Shown here: piece by piece, positions 37,188 to 46,977 of the stretch
How positions within the stretch are numbered: position 1 is the stretch's first letter
Layout: each line of letters starts with the position of its first letter
From: a virus
Lineage: Duplodnaviria > Caudoviricetes
Direction: 5' to 3' (one strand)
DNA length: 54,872 bases
IMG/VR virus record: IMGVR_UViG_3300017971_000334
Coordinates: 1 to 54,872 of that record
The notes under the pieces: generated by a model
Told to the model about the DNA's origin: nothing
Databases searched by the model: none
The model's input: only the letters and a program-made list of their open reading frames with translations
Translations under genes and position numbers: made by a program

Positions 37188-37619
37188 ATGGGATTCCCAA
37201 TAAAGGAAATATTGAGTTGGGGGCTTGCCGCTCTGATGGCGGGGTCGGTGGGTAAGGACATCTACTATATGATAAAGGGGATGCCCGACAGCGATGCGAA
37301 AACGGCGCTGGAGGAGCAACTTCGGATGACAGGGCAACAAAAGGCCACGCAACGGGAAGCAGCGAAAGAGATGCTGACGTGGCTGGAACAGAATAACGAG
37401 GAAGCCCGTCGGGTAGCGAAAGAGGACCAGCAGTTTCTGGCGAATCAGGAAAAGTTACGGCAACAGCATGAGATGTCGATGCTGAACCGCCAGATTGCGG
37501 GACAGGCCGCCCTCTCGGAAGCGGAGCCGTATGAGCTGGCTCCCCAGCAGTTAGAGGCGGGCCACTTGGCTACGGCTCCTCAGTTCGACCCAAACATACC
37601 GATAACGGCTTTACTGTGA
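37188..37619 (+). CDS. putative internal virion protein with hydrophobic N-terminus
   Basis: 143 aa, AGGAG RBS, Gln-rich helix. Confidence 0.6.
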   Translation: MGFPIKEILSWGLAALMAGSVGKDIYYMIKGMPDSDAKTALEEQLRMTGQQKATQREAAKEMLTWLEQNNEEARRVAKEDQQFLANQEKLRQQHEMSMLNRQIAGQAALSEAEPYELAPQQLEAGHLATAPQFDPNIPITALL

Positions 37620-37627
37620 GGTGACAG

Positions 37628-38443
37628 ATGGCTAAATTCAGACGAGGACGATACAAAGAACCAGACTTAGGCAAGTTGGGGATTCCAGCGCCGCCCGAAA
37701 AACCGCCTACCTATTCGGGCAAGGCAACCCCGATTCAGAGCCTGATGTATGGGAGGTCGTATACCCCCTTGAAGGGAGTGCCTACGACCCCGGTAGGAAA
37801 ATCTCCACCGGAGAGTGCCGTCGCGTCCATGTATGAGAGGGCGGCGGGCTTCCAGGAAGGATCTGTAGGGCAGAGAGTCACTCGGAGAGGAGGGTCGCTG
37901 GCGAAGCGGGCAACGGTGGGAGAAATTTTCCTGGAGGCGGCACCAAAAGCGGAGCCGGGGACGCTGACGGGTATCGGATTGGGACGGATACGACCAAAGG
38001 GCACCGGGTCCTATATGAGCTATTTGGACCCCAAGAAGGCAGCGGAGAGGATGCTTCCCATCATAGAGAAAAATCCAAATCTGTACCCCTCTTACGTTAA
38101 GGAGGGAGCGAAGGCACTGGCGGAGGGAAAGTGGCCGAAGAACCTGGACAAGATCAAGAAGTGGGCTTTCCGGGGCGGGAAGTTTCGAGGGGGGCCGAAG
38201 TTTGGGGGAACCATCGCAGTGTGGTTCGTCCTGCCGTTTGTCATGGAAAAGATATTTGGGCTGCTGGGCGTCGACCCTGGAAAGGACGATATGAAGAAGC
38301 TGATGCTGAAGCTACAGCAGGCCCAGATGCCGTCGGCGGAGGACATGGTGACGCAGAGTAAGATACAGTTGCTGGCCGGAGCGATGCAGTCGGGACAGCC
38401 GGTGCAGATACCGGCGGCGCAACAGATGATGGGGGCAATGTAA
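37628..38443 (+). CDS. basic protein with C-terminal hydrophobic segment
   Basis: 271 aa, GAGGT RBS. Confidence 0.6.
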   Translation: MAKFRRGRYKEPDLGKLGIPAPPEKPPTYSGKATPIQSLMYGRSYTPLKGVPTTPVGKSPPESAVASMYERAAGFQEGSVGQRVTRRGGSLAKRATVGEIFLEAAPKAEPGTLTGIGLGRIRPKGTGSYMSYLDPKKAAERMLPIIEKNPNLYPSYVKEGAKALAEGKWPKNLDKIKKWAFRGGKFRGGPKFGGTIAVWFVLPFVMEKIFGLLGVDPGKDDMKKLMLKLQQAQMPSAEDMVTQSKIQLLAGAMQSGQPVQIPAAQQMMGAM

Positions 38444-38542
38444 CGGGAGCCGGTAATGGTACCGGGAGAGCAGTGGGGGTCCGCCGGAGGGGGAGGTGGT
38501 CAGGCGGACCTGTTGAGGATGCTGCAAGGGGGAGGGTAATGG

Positions 38543-41500
38543 ATGACCACCCTGCCCGTACTACGGAATCCCAGGTTTACGCCCGAAGCGACGTATAACA
38601 CGTTCTCGTTTCCGATCAACTTCTACGACCGACCGGAACTGGTGATCTCCAACATTCTGCGGGGGAACTACCCGGCGAGCATCAGGGCCATCTGGCAACC
38701 GGACGAACTGAGTCCCGAAGAGCGGAAGAAACTGTCGCAGGTGTACGGGGAGAAGGACTCGTTTACGGCTTCCCTGATTAACCTGGCCACGAATCCGTTG
38801 GTGATCTTCGGAGCGATACTGGCGGCCCGCTACCCGATAGGAAAGGCGGGGTCGCTGTTCAAGGTGGCGGACCGGGCGAAGGGGGTGGCAAGCGACCTGG
38901 GGCCGTGGACGAAGCACATCGGGAACTTCTTTCGGATCTTCGGCAAGCACCCCAAACTGACGGACAAGACGCTGAAGGCGACCAACGAGATACGGTGGTT
39001 CAACCAGAAGTCGCTGGAGGACGGCTTGGGCAAGGTGTGGGACCGGTTCATCAAACGGGCCGGGACAGGGCCGACGGAGATGGAGCAGGTGCTGGTGAGT
39101 CACCTGATACGGGGCAGCCACGTAGCCGACGGCGCGGTGGCCAAGCGGGTGTTCCCGATGATCGAGAAGTTTGGCGGGCCGAAGCTGGCCGGGCGAACGT
39201 TGCTAAAGACGGATGCGGCATCGTTGTCGCGGGCGGGCATCAGCCGAGGGCGGTTTGCGGCACTGGAAGAGGCGGCGGAAGGGACGGCGAAACTGTACCA
39301 GGACATGTTCAAGCCCTTTGTCGACACGAAAACGGGTAAGTTAAGGGGAGAGCTGGTCAAGCACCTCGAAGCCAAGGGATGGTATACGGGCGGGATGTAC
39401 CACGCGACCAGCCCGATGAGTACGGCGGTGCCCCATCGGATACCGGGTACGGCGGCGGGCGGAGCACGGGAGTGGTATGCGCCGGAGCAGGCGGTGGGGG
39501 CGCGGTCGCTGGCGAACCTGTCCGACGAACAGATGCAGAAGATGCTGCTGGAAGGCAACCCGATGGTGGCCCCGATGTCGGGGCACTTCGTGGCACGGCG
39601 GGGACTGGCCCTGCCGGAAGCGGAGGGAATGGACCTGCTGCGAAAGGCGGGGTTGCTGGACGATACGGTGGACCGGGGGATAATGTACCTGACCGAAACG
39701 TATTCGCACCGGTTCCAGCAGAAGGCACTAGGGATTCTGCAAGGGGACCCCGGAAGGGTCAAGAACGGGTTGCAGGAGCTAATGACGAAGGAGTTCCGTA
39801 TCGCCGGGGACGCGGCGGAGTCGATAGCGGCGGACGCGGCGAGGGGCGTGGTGGAGATGGGACCACAGGCGGCGTGGGAGCAGTTCAAGATACGCACGAA
39901 GCTGGTCGGCGAGCTACCGTACTACCGGACCCGGTGGATAGATGAGTTCGTCCGCTACACGCACAGTGTGTCGCCCGTGCGGGCGTGGAATACGGTGCTG
40001 AAGGGGGAGAAGGACACCCTGTATCGGCAGGTGATAGACCTGTCGAGCGAGGCGCGGATGGACGGCCCCCGAAGGATGATCTTCCGGCAGGACTACCTGC
40101 CCATGTTGACGGGCCAGAAGACGCTCAAGCAGATGCGGCGGCAGATGGGATTCAATGACATCAAGTTGCGGTACTGGGAGACGTTGCAGACTCCCCATGT
40201 GAAGGAGATGTTCGCTAAGGTGCCGGGGGGGAATAAGGTGCACGGGTGGCTGACGAAACAGTTGGGGCAGACGGAGGGGGCGTTGAGTCCGGCGGGTATC
40301 AACTCGAAGATCACGGCATGGTTCTACTACAGTACGCTGGGGTTCAACCCGGCCCCGGCGTTGAAGAACCTGATGCAACCGATCATCACGACGACGAACG
40401 TGGTGGGACCAGGCGAGACGTGGCGAGCAATGGGAGCACTGTTGCCGAAGTTCAAGCAGTACAACAAGGTGTTCAAGGCCGAGCGGAAGATGGGGCGGGA
40501 GATCGTGAGGGCTCACGAGAACGCCATCAAGTCCGTGTGGCCCAAGTACGTCGAGGCGGGACTGGACACCAGTCCCATGTACGCGGACATGCTGAACCTG
40601 GAGAAGCAGTTTAGCTCCGGCGTGAAGAAGCTGGTGGACAAGGGCAAGGCGTCCAGCATGGCTCTCTTCACCGGAACGGAAACGTTCAACCGGCTTCTGA
40701 CGTGGGAGGCCGGGCTGGGCAAGGCGATGCGGGACGGACTGGTCGGCAAGGAGATGTACAAGTTCGCCGGTCGGTTGGTGCGGGAGACACAGTTTCCCGG
40801 TGGGATACTGGGCATGAGTCGGGCGACACTGGGACTACCCAGCCCGCTGCGGCAGTTCACCCACTTCCCCCTACGGTTCGCCGACTTCCTGGTGGGCAGC
40901 ACGCAATATGGGGGGGAACGAGGATTGAACTGGGGAACGATAGGGAGGACGATGTTGACGAGCAGCGTGGCGTATGCGGCGGGGAAAGAGTTGCTCAACG
41001 TGGACCTGTCGAACGCGCTGGCGTTCGGGGCGCTGCCCCAGCCTCCGTATGAGGATGCGCCGTTTTACCCACTGCCGTTCGTACCGCCCGCGCTGAGCCT
41101 GGCGGGGCAGGGGCTCAAGATGGCGCTGACGGGAGATACGAGCCGGGCGACGGGGATGCTGGCCGGAGCGGTACCGGCGGGCTTGATGATGAACCGGTTT
41201 AGGAAGTATGTCGGACCGAAGCACGCCGATTACAGTCAGGTGCAGACAACGGGGCTGGTGTCGGTGTTCGACAACGAGGGGAAGATGATCGGTCGGTACA
41301 AGCCGATGGAGCTATACCTGCGAACGATAGGGGTGCCGACGATGGACCAGAGCATCGAGCGGGACGTGACGGATTACCTCATAAAGCAACGGGATGTCAT
41401 CAGCCAGTACCGACGAGAGTGGCTGGACGCGCTGGCGGCCAACGACATGACGCGGGCCAACGAGGTGCAGCAGATGTTCCAGAACAAGTACCCGCAGTTG

Positions 41501-41671
41501 GGTCCGTTGCGGATCAAGAAGTCCGACATCCGGGCCGTCCGACAGAGGCAGGAGATGACAAGGGTGGAGAGGATACTGCAACAGTTCCCCAAGGAGTACC
41601 AGAGTATGTACATGGGGATGATGTCGTATCCGGCTACCGATCTGACGATGCAGATGATGGGTCAGTACTAG
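38543..41671 (+). CDS. large internal virion / DNA-ejection protein
   Basis: 1042 aa, last gene of the operon; LGFNPAPALKNLMQ, ETFNR, ETQF, LRQFTHFP motifs typical of large podovirus internal proteins. Confidence 0.65.
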   Translation: MTTLPVLRNPRFTPEATYNTFSFPINFYDRPELVISNILRGNYPASIRAIWQPDELSPEERKKLSQVYGEKDSFTASLINLATNPLVIFGAILAARYPIGKAGSLFKVADRAKGVASDLGPWTKHIGNFFRIFGKHPKLTDKTLKATNEIRWFNQKSLEDGLGKVWDRFIKRAGTGPTEMEQVLVSHLIRGSHVADGAVAKRVFPMIEKFGGPKLAGRTLLKTDAASLSRAGISRGRFAALEEAAEGTAKLYQDMFKPFVDTKTGKLRGELVKHLEAKGWYTGGMYHATSPMSTAVPHRIPGTAAGGAREWYAPEQAVGARSLANLSDEQMQKMLLEGNPMVAPMSGHFVARRGLALPEAEGMDLLRKAGLLDDTVDRGIMYLTETYSHRFQQKALGILQGDPGRVKNGLQELMTKEFRIAGDAAESIAADAARGVVEMGPQAAWEQFKIRTKLVGELPYYRTRWIDEFVRYTHSVSPVRAWNTVLKGEKDTLYRQVIDLSSEARMDGPRRMIFRQDYLPMLTGQKTLKQMRRQMGFNDIKLRYWETLQTPHVKEMFAKVPGGNKVHGWLTKQLGQTEGALSPAGINSKITAWFYYSTLGFNPAPALKNLMQPIITTTNVVGPGETWRAMGALLPKFKQYNKVFKAERKMGREIVRAHENAIKSVWPKYVEAGLDTSPMYADMLNLEKQFSSGVKKLVDKGKASSMALFTGTETFNRLLTWEAGLGKAMRDGLVGKEMYKFAGRLVRETQFPGGILGMSRATLGLPSPLRQFTHFPLRFADFLVGSTQYGGERGLNWGTIGRTMLTSSVAYAAGKELLNVDLSNALAFGALPQPPYEDAPFYPLPFVPPALSLAGQGLKMALTGDTSRATGMLAGAVPAGLMMNRFRKYVGPKHADYSQVQTTGLVSVFDNEGKMIGRYKPMELYLRTIGVPTMDQSIERDVTDYLIKQRDVISQYRREWLDALAANDMTRANEVQQMFQNKYPQLGPLRIKKSDIRAVRQRQEMTRVERILQQFPKEYQSMYMGMMSYPATDLTMQMMGQY

Positions 41672-41851
41672 GACCCCGGAAGGGTCGGATAAGGGGTTCA
41701 TAGAGGAGGGGGAAGTCGAGTCCGGAGCCGTTCGTTTATTTCCATTGTCGAATCTTCCATGCCGCTCTCCTACCCTTCCGGGGTCCTGGTATAGGTTTGG
41801 GGGAGGCTCCGTTGGGCTGACAGTTCACTAATAGTGGTAGTGCTGGCGTCG

Positions 41852-41880
41852 AGTTTGCACCATCCTATCATTTTTGTCAA
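41852..41880 (-). promoter_or_regulatory. possible leftward promoter in the convergence gap
   Basis: TTGACA (41880-41875), 17 bp, CAAACT (41857-41852). Confidence 0.35.
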
Positions 41881-41957
41881 TGTCCGACACCGTGTCGGAC
41901 AACCCATCGTTCAATGGATATGTTACCGGAGCCTCCCCCTAGTGACTTATCCTTTGG

Positions 41958-42398
41958 TTACTCGGTTTTCTTTCCGTCGTCGTGGTCGGAAATCTGTTGG
42001 TGGGATACCCACAGGCCAACGACTCCGGATTCCCGGATGAACACCCACGGTTCGTCGCGGGCGTCGGGGCCGGTGGGCAACATGATTTCGATGCCGTCCA
42101 TCGGAGACATGACGATGAGGTCGCCGGGGTCGAGCAGTTTGCATTCGGAACCGGCGGCGATGACCTTTCCGACGGAGGGGCGATGCGCTTGCACGTATTC
42201 CTGGGTGAGTTGGATGCCGCCGGAGGTTTCGCTGGCCGTCATCATCCGCTTGACGAGAAGGTAATCGGGCAGGGGCACGGGCACGTAGCCGGTCAGGGGG
42301 ATGGGTTGCGAGGGTACGGCGGACCGGCGTTTGCGGTCACGGGCACGGGCCTTCTCCATCTTGATGAGGTCGCTGGGTCTGGGTGCGTTGTTGGTCAT
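41958..42398 (-). CDS. groES: GroES/Cpn10-like co-chaperonin
   Basis: PLPDYLLVKR, ETSGGIQL mobile loop, GKVIAAG, PGDLIV, FIRESGVVG. Confidence 0.75.
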   Translation of the reverse strand: MTNNAPRPSDLIKMEKARARDRKRRSAVPSQPIPLTGYVPVPLPDYLLVKRMMTASETSGGIQLTQEYVQAHRPSVGKVIAAGSECKLLDPGDLIVMSPMDGIEIMLPTGPDARDEPWVFIRESGVVGLWVSHQQISDHDDGKKTE

Positions 42399-43039
42399 GC
42401 GTGGTCTCCTTCCTTAGACCCTTCCGGGGTCCTTTTGTCGCACTCGTGGAGGGCGTCGGCGGTGGGGATGAAACAGGCGAGGAAGTTATAGTGGCCGGGC
42501 CTGACGGAGCGCCCGGAGCCCTTGGTTTTCTTCATATAGGACGGATTGATGGCCCAGAGTTTCGAGTGGGTGCCGATGGGCCGGTCGGGGTCCAGCCAGA
42601 GGGTGGCGAATACGGAGGGGAGATGGCACTTGACCAGCTCGTAGCCGCAGAGTCCGAGCCATTGGCTGCGGGGCACGGTAAAGTAGAGGGAACGGTTGCC
42701 GATGCGGTGCGAGCGGGTGCGCCACTGTATCCAGGGGACTTGCAGGCGCATGGTGATGATGTCCTCGATGTCGCGGGGGTGGACGAGGGTGATGACGAGG
42801 AAGTCACGCCAGAAGCCGTAGAACCGGTGCCGGTTTCGGTGCGTGGTTGAGAGCCACGTGGTGTCGGCGATGCTGCGGGTGGGAAACACCTTCATGGATT
42901 GAGGGTGGTCGATGTTCTTGAGGCTCCGGTTGGCGAGGCAGTTGAGCATGTCGGGGAAGGTGACGATGGGCTCCCTCACGTAGAGGGATAACCCATCGTG
43001 GACCTTGGCAATCAGGTTGTCTATCGTCTGGTTGGCCAT
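42395..43039 (-). CDS. hypothetical protein
   Basis: GGGAG RBS before MANQT; ATGA coupling to groES-like gene. Confidence 0.6.
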   Translation of the reverse strand: MANQTIDNLIAKVHDGLSLYVREPIVTFPDMLNCLANRSLKNIDHPQSMKVFPTRSIADTTWLSTTHRNRHRFYGFWRDFLVITLVHPRDIEDIITMRLQVPWIQWRTRSHRIGNRSLYFTVPRSQWLGLCGYELVKCHLPSVFATLWLDPDRPIGTHSKLWAINPSYMKKTKGSGRSVRPGHYNFLACFIPTADALHECDKRTPEGSKEGDHA

Positions 43040-43050
43040 GGCGCACTCCC

Positions 43051-43494
43051 CTATGCCACTTCTTCTTCGGGACACTTTTCGAGGGCGTCGATGTTGGTGT
43101 AGTTGCCTGACTTGGTGGCCCGGATAATGAGCGTGGCCCCGACGAGGGACTCGGCCTCGTCGTCCAATTGCTGGAGGGAGGGCGGTGGGTCGGCCCCGTC
43201 GTGGACGATGCGGTAGGTTTTCTTGAACCGACCGAGGCTCACGCCGTTGCTGGAGCGGTAGTCTATCGGGAACTCCTTGCTCTGAAGGTCGCCCTCGTTG
43301 ATGATGACAGCGGTGTACTCCCAGATCAGGACCTGGGAGCCTCCTTTGCCCTCACGGATGTCCCGGTTGAGTCCCTTGAGCGTGACCACGTAGTCGTCGG
43401 GCTCCGGCATCCAGGGGGCGCTGGACTCACGGGCGTCAACGTAGGTCTGTTCTTGTGCCGCGATGAGAGCGGCAAACTGTGCTTTGTCAGCCAT
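43051..43494 (-). CDS. putative ssDNA-binding protein (DUF669-like)
   Basis: PEPDDYVVTL...LIWEY...LVGATLII...NYTNI pattern; follows the AAA ATPase. Confidence 0.55.
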   Translation of the reverse strand: MADKAQFAALIAAQEQTYVDARESSAPWMPEPDDYVVTLKGLNRDIREGKGGSQVLIWEYTAVIINEGDLQSKEFPIDYRSSNGVSLGRFKKTYRIVHDGADPPPSLQQLDDEAESLVGATLIIRATKSGNYTNIDALEKCPEEEVA

Positions 43495-43532
43495 TGTGTC
43501 TCTCCTTATCGTTATAGGTTGACAGTGTGCCG

Positions 43533-44507
43533 CTACGGTGCGGCGATTCGTTTTCGTTCGTTTTCGACCGCCCGTTCGTAGGCGGCGGCGAAGTCCCCGT
43601 AGCCGTTGTCCTTGGAGAGGGGGATTTCATCTTCCATTGTGACTCGGCGTTTGGTGCTCTTGACCCGCACGCTGGCGACCTCGGCGACCCACGTTTCGAT
43701 GGACTTGTAGGTAACTTGGGCGGGCTTGGCCACCTTTTTCCCGGCTACGGTGACGACGGAGGGGGGCGACTCGATGGTGGCGCGGGTGTACTTGTGGTCC
43801 ATGTTGATGATGAAGTCGGCCTCCCTACAAACGATGCGGGCACCGCCGGGCGGCATCGAGATGCGGATGTCGGTGTAGTCGGAGCCGTCGGCCTTGGTGA
43901 TTGTTTTCTCGTTGAGGTGTGAGACGCACATCCAGCCGTAACCGATGGCGGAGAGTTCGTTGAGGATATTTTTGAGTTCGGTGTAGAGCATGTCCCAGCC
44001 CTTGCCGCCCTTCTTGCTGGTGCCGTAGTCGGTGATGTCGTCCCACCGCAAGGGGTAGATCAGGTCGCCGTTCTTGTCCTTGGGGTTGATCTTCTCGACG
44101 AGCCCTTGATTGAGGATGTCGAGGAGGTGGTCCACCGTGTCAAAGGTGATGCTGTCGAAGGGGCGGTTGGGTTTGGCGGCGTCGGCGACGATGAGGTCCC
44201 AGACCTTCGAGAAGGACTGGTAGTTGGGGACCTTCTCCCGGTCGATGCGGTGGCTGCGGGGGTTGGGTACGAAGCGGGCCGAGTCCTCGAAGGACAGGAC
44301 GAGGTTGCGGGGCCGGGACTGGACGAAGGTGGACTTGCCCGACCCGTGGTCGCCGACAAGGTAGAAGCGGAGCTTGTTGGCCGGTCGGGGATCGAAGCCG
44401 ATGGTGGCCCCCAGTGCCCGCCAGTCGGCGGGTAAGGGTGGCGGTGATTTCGTCGGGTCCGTCTGCACGAATCCCGCTACCTGTTCCTTAGCTTCCGTTG
44501 GCGTCAT
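43533..44507 (-). CDS. AAA_24 / Sak4-like ATPase (recombination)
   Basis: YLVGDHGSGKST Walker A, LSFE, ITFDTVD, GKGW, VSH, ADFI. Confidence 0.8.
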   Translation of the reverse strand: MTPTEAKEQVAGFVQTDPTKSPPPLPADWRALGATIGFDPRPANKLRFYLVGDHGSGKSTFVQSRPRNLVLSFEDSARFVPNPRSHRIDREKVPNYQSFSKVWDLIVADAAKPNRPFDSITFDTVDHLLDILNQGLVEKINPKDKNGDLIYPLRWDDITDYGTSKKGGKGWDMLYTELKNILNELSAIGYGWMCVSHLNEKTITKADGSDYTDIRISMPPGGARIVCREADFIINMDHKYTRATIESPPSVVTVAGKKVAKPAQVTYKSIETWVAEVASVRVKSTKRRVTMEDEIPLSKDNGYGDFAAAYERAVENERKRIAAP

Positions 44508-45612
44508 TGGTATCTCCTTTCGGTTCGGTGGACCCTTCCGGGGTCCTGTATTCGGTTTCGATGACGGAGGGCCATGCGTTGGGGGAGCAGGCACATAGGT
44601 TGCAGTAGTCGCAAGGTCTCCCGTAGGGGTCGGTGCAGGAACGGTGGCGGCGGGGGAACACGAGGTCGAAGTCCTCGGTGAGCGGGTCGGGGCAGGTGGC
44701 GGCGCGGGCTACGTGGAGGATGGCGTATTGGACATCGAGGGGGGGACGTTCGTTGGGGTTGGGGGGGTAGTAGCGGGTGAGCTGGGCGACGGGGCGGATT
44801 TCGTTCTCGGTGTACCACTCCTGACAGCGTTTGACGTAGATGTCCCAGCGAGGGGCTCCGTGGTAGGTTTTCTTGTCGTACCATTGCCCCTTGTTGGGCC
44901 CGGATTTCTTCTGGACGCGGACGACGGTGAAGTCGCGGTCCTTCCCGCAGAACTTGATCGAGGGGGCCTGGACGCAGTTGAGTTGCAGTCCCTTGACGCG
45001 GCTGCCGTAGTCGTTGTCGGCAAGCCAGCGGTTGGCGAGCAGGCGGTATATCCAGTGGGCGTAGCCGTAGGGGTAGCCTGCGATGGCGACGGCGGGGTCG
45101 AAGGAGGTGGTCTTGTAGTCGAGGACGTAGATGCCGGAGTCGTAGGAGATGAGCAGGTCGAGGATGCCCTTGAGAGGTATACAACCGGCGTCGGCCTCGA
45201 TGGAGAGTTCCCGCCCGATAACCTTGGCGGTGTCGGGGAGGGGGTAGGATTCCCATACGATGTCGGCCATGACGCGAGCCATGTCGTAGGCGATGCGGTC
45301 ATCGTCGAGGTCCTTGGCGAGTCGTCCGTCGAGGTCGCCGGTCTTGTCGATCTGCCGGGCGATGTCCTTCTGGTTCTGTCGGTGTGTGGCCTCCACTTCC
45401 TGGACCCCGGAAGGGTCTCGTTGCATGAACAGGTGGAAGTAGGAGCCTCGGCTGCGGGAGAGGCTGACCCGTTCGTAGTGGGGTCGGAGCCGGAGCCGCT
45501 TCGAGAAGAGGAAGCGGCGCGGGCAGGTGAAGTAGGTGTCGCAGGCCGTGGGGCTGACGCGGGCGGGGTACACGGTCAGCCGTTCGGCGAGCTTTTGCAT
45601 TACGTCAGCCAT
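44488..45612 (-). CDS. PD-(D/E)XK exonuclease (RecB/Cas4-like, Cys cluster)
   Basis: SPT...CPRRF, GSYFH, GILDLL, VLDYKT, C-terminal C...C.YC..C. Confidence 0.85.
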   Translation of the reverse strand: MADVMQKLAERLTVYPARVSPTACDTYFTCPRRFLFSKRLRLRPHYERVSLSRSRGSYFHLFMQRDPSGVQEVEATHRQNQKDIARQIDKTGDLDGRLAKDLDDDRIAYDMARVMADIVWESYPLPDTAKVIGRELSIEADAGCIPLKGILDLLISYDSGIYVLDYKTTSFDPAVAIAGYPYGYAHWIYRLLANRWLADNDYGSRVKGLQLNCVQAPSIKFCGKDRDFTVVRVQKKSGPNKGQWYDKKTYHGAPRWDIYVKRCQEWYTENEIRPVAQLTRYYPPNPNERPPLDVQYAILHVARAATCPDPLTEDFDLVFPRRHRSCTDPYGRPCDYCNLCACSPNAWPSVIETEYRTPEGSTEPKGDTNDANGS

Positions 45613-45732
45613 GTCAGGTTCCTTGTTATCTCGTTGGTTCGTGTCCTTTAATGGAGGGGGGAGCAGCGCAGGGGCCTCCATCCGTTGCCGCTTCCCCTCA
45701 ACCATGCTCAAAAAGAAGGAAAAGCTATGTCA

Positions 45733-45761
45733 ATTGTAACACAGGTTTTGCGTAAAGTCAA
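45733..45761 (-). promoter_or_regulatory. sigma70-like promoter for the recombination genes
   Basis: TTGACT (45761-45756), 17 bp, extended -10 TGT-TACAAT (45738-45733). Confidence 0.7.
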
Positions 45762-45806
45762 CTATCCGGGCAAAAGTTTTTTTAAAACCCCGTGAGATTC
45801 AGCCCC

Positions 45807-46871
45807 CTATCGGTCCGCCGAGTCGGTGTAGCCGTAGAAGGTGACTTGGGTGTCGGCATTGGACATGACGGTCAGGGGTGCGTTGCGTCCGATCTTGATC
45901 GGGTGGGGAAAGGCCAGCATCTGCCCGGCAAGGTTCTCGGAGTGGACGCTGGGCAGGAGTTCGTGCGGGGGCGTCGCGCCGGAACTGTTGTTGTGGTAGT
46001 CTTGGAAGGGCGGCCCACCGCCGTTGGCCCACATCGTCGACGCTTCGAGGGTGCCGTCGTTGGCGCCCACCATGTCGACCGTGGTCGTGTTGGCACCACC
46101 GGAAATGTTACCCTCATCCATGTTCAGGGCGAACTGGAGGTTGGTTTCCGAGCCGGTGAACTTGGTGCCGACCAGCATCCCGTTATGTTTCGAGCAGTGG
46201 TTCCCGATGAGGGTGGCGTAGGAGCCGGACAGATCGGTGGCCACGTAGAGACCGAACTGGGCGAGGCCGACGGTCTTGGTCGCCGAGGTGCCCTTGCCGA
46301 GGTAGAGGTCGTTGGTGCCACCCACCAGCCCCCCGGTGCTGATACCGGATACGTCGTCGGTGGTGTTGTTTTCCACGCCGTCGATATACAGGATGAGGCC
46401 GTCGGTTTCGGCGTCCGCTTGGAAGTACAGGCCGCAGTGGTGCCATTGACCGTTGTTTACGGCGTGAGTACTGGTTACGCTGACGGCGGTTCCCGAATCG
46501 CCCACGGTGGCCTTGAGCTTCCCGTTGGCGTCGATCTCGAAGGTGTAGCCGTCCTTAGAGTCGACTTTCTGGATGAAGTCGGTAATGGAGACCTGGCTGG
46601 AGGCGATCTTGAACCAGAACAGGAACACGGCGTCCTTGCCGTTGGCTACTTGCACCCCGGTGGCGTTGGAAACGGTGATGAAGTCGGTGGCGGAACCGGC
46701 ATTGGACAGGATGTACTGTCGGCGGGGGAACGAGATGATAACGTTGTCGGCGCAGGAGTAGCCCACCACGTAGTGGCTGGATGCGAGGCCGGGGGACGTG
46801 AGTACGTCGAAACGGCCTGCGCCGCCGGTGTCGAGGGTGATGGGCCAGCGTTCGGATTGTACGGTATTCAT
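45807..46871 (-). CDS. LamG/ConA-like domain protein
   Basis: FWFK, VNNGQWHHC, LILYIDG, DLYLG, LNMDEG...VGANDGTL; start MNTVQ after GAAAGG. Confidence 0.75.
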   Translation of the reverse strand: MNTVQSERWPITLDTGGAGRFDVLTSPGLASSHYVVGYSCADNVIISFPRRQYILSNAGSATDFITVSNATGVQVANGKDAVFLFWFKIASSQVSITDFIQKVDSKDGYTFEIDANGKLKATVGDSGTAVSVTSTHAVNNGQWHHCGLYFQADAETDGLILYIDGVENNTTDDVSGISTGGLVGGTNDLYLGKGTSATKTVGLAQFGLYVATDLSGSYATLIGNHCSKHNGMLVGTKFTGSETNLQFALNMDEGNISGGANTTTVDMVGANDGTLEASTMWANGGGPPFQDYHNNSSGATPPHELLPSVHSENLAGQMLAFPHPIKIGRNAPLTVMSNADTQVTFYGYTDSADR

Positions 46872-46920
46872 GGCATTGCCTTTCTGCGTCGCCCATAGGG
46901 GGTTTTTCGACGCGCCTGTA

Positions 46921-46977
46921 ATAAAAAGGAAGGGTGGGGCCAAACCGCGCGGGCTTGCAGCCCCACTTAACCCTTCC
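46921..46977 (-). terminator. possible intrinsic terminator built partly from the 15-bp motif
   Basis: Minus strand GGAAGGG-TTAAG-TGGGGC...GCCCCA-CCCTTCC followed by TTTTTAT. Confidence 0.45.

Noticed and set aside
44488-45612. Cas4 as part of a CRISPR adaptation module with the RAMP gene
   Set aside because: It sits with an AAA ATPase and SSB-like gene in a typical phage recombination trio, 5 kb away, and there is no cas1 or cas2.
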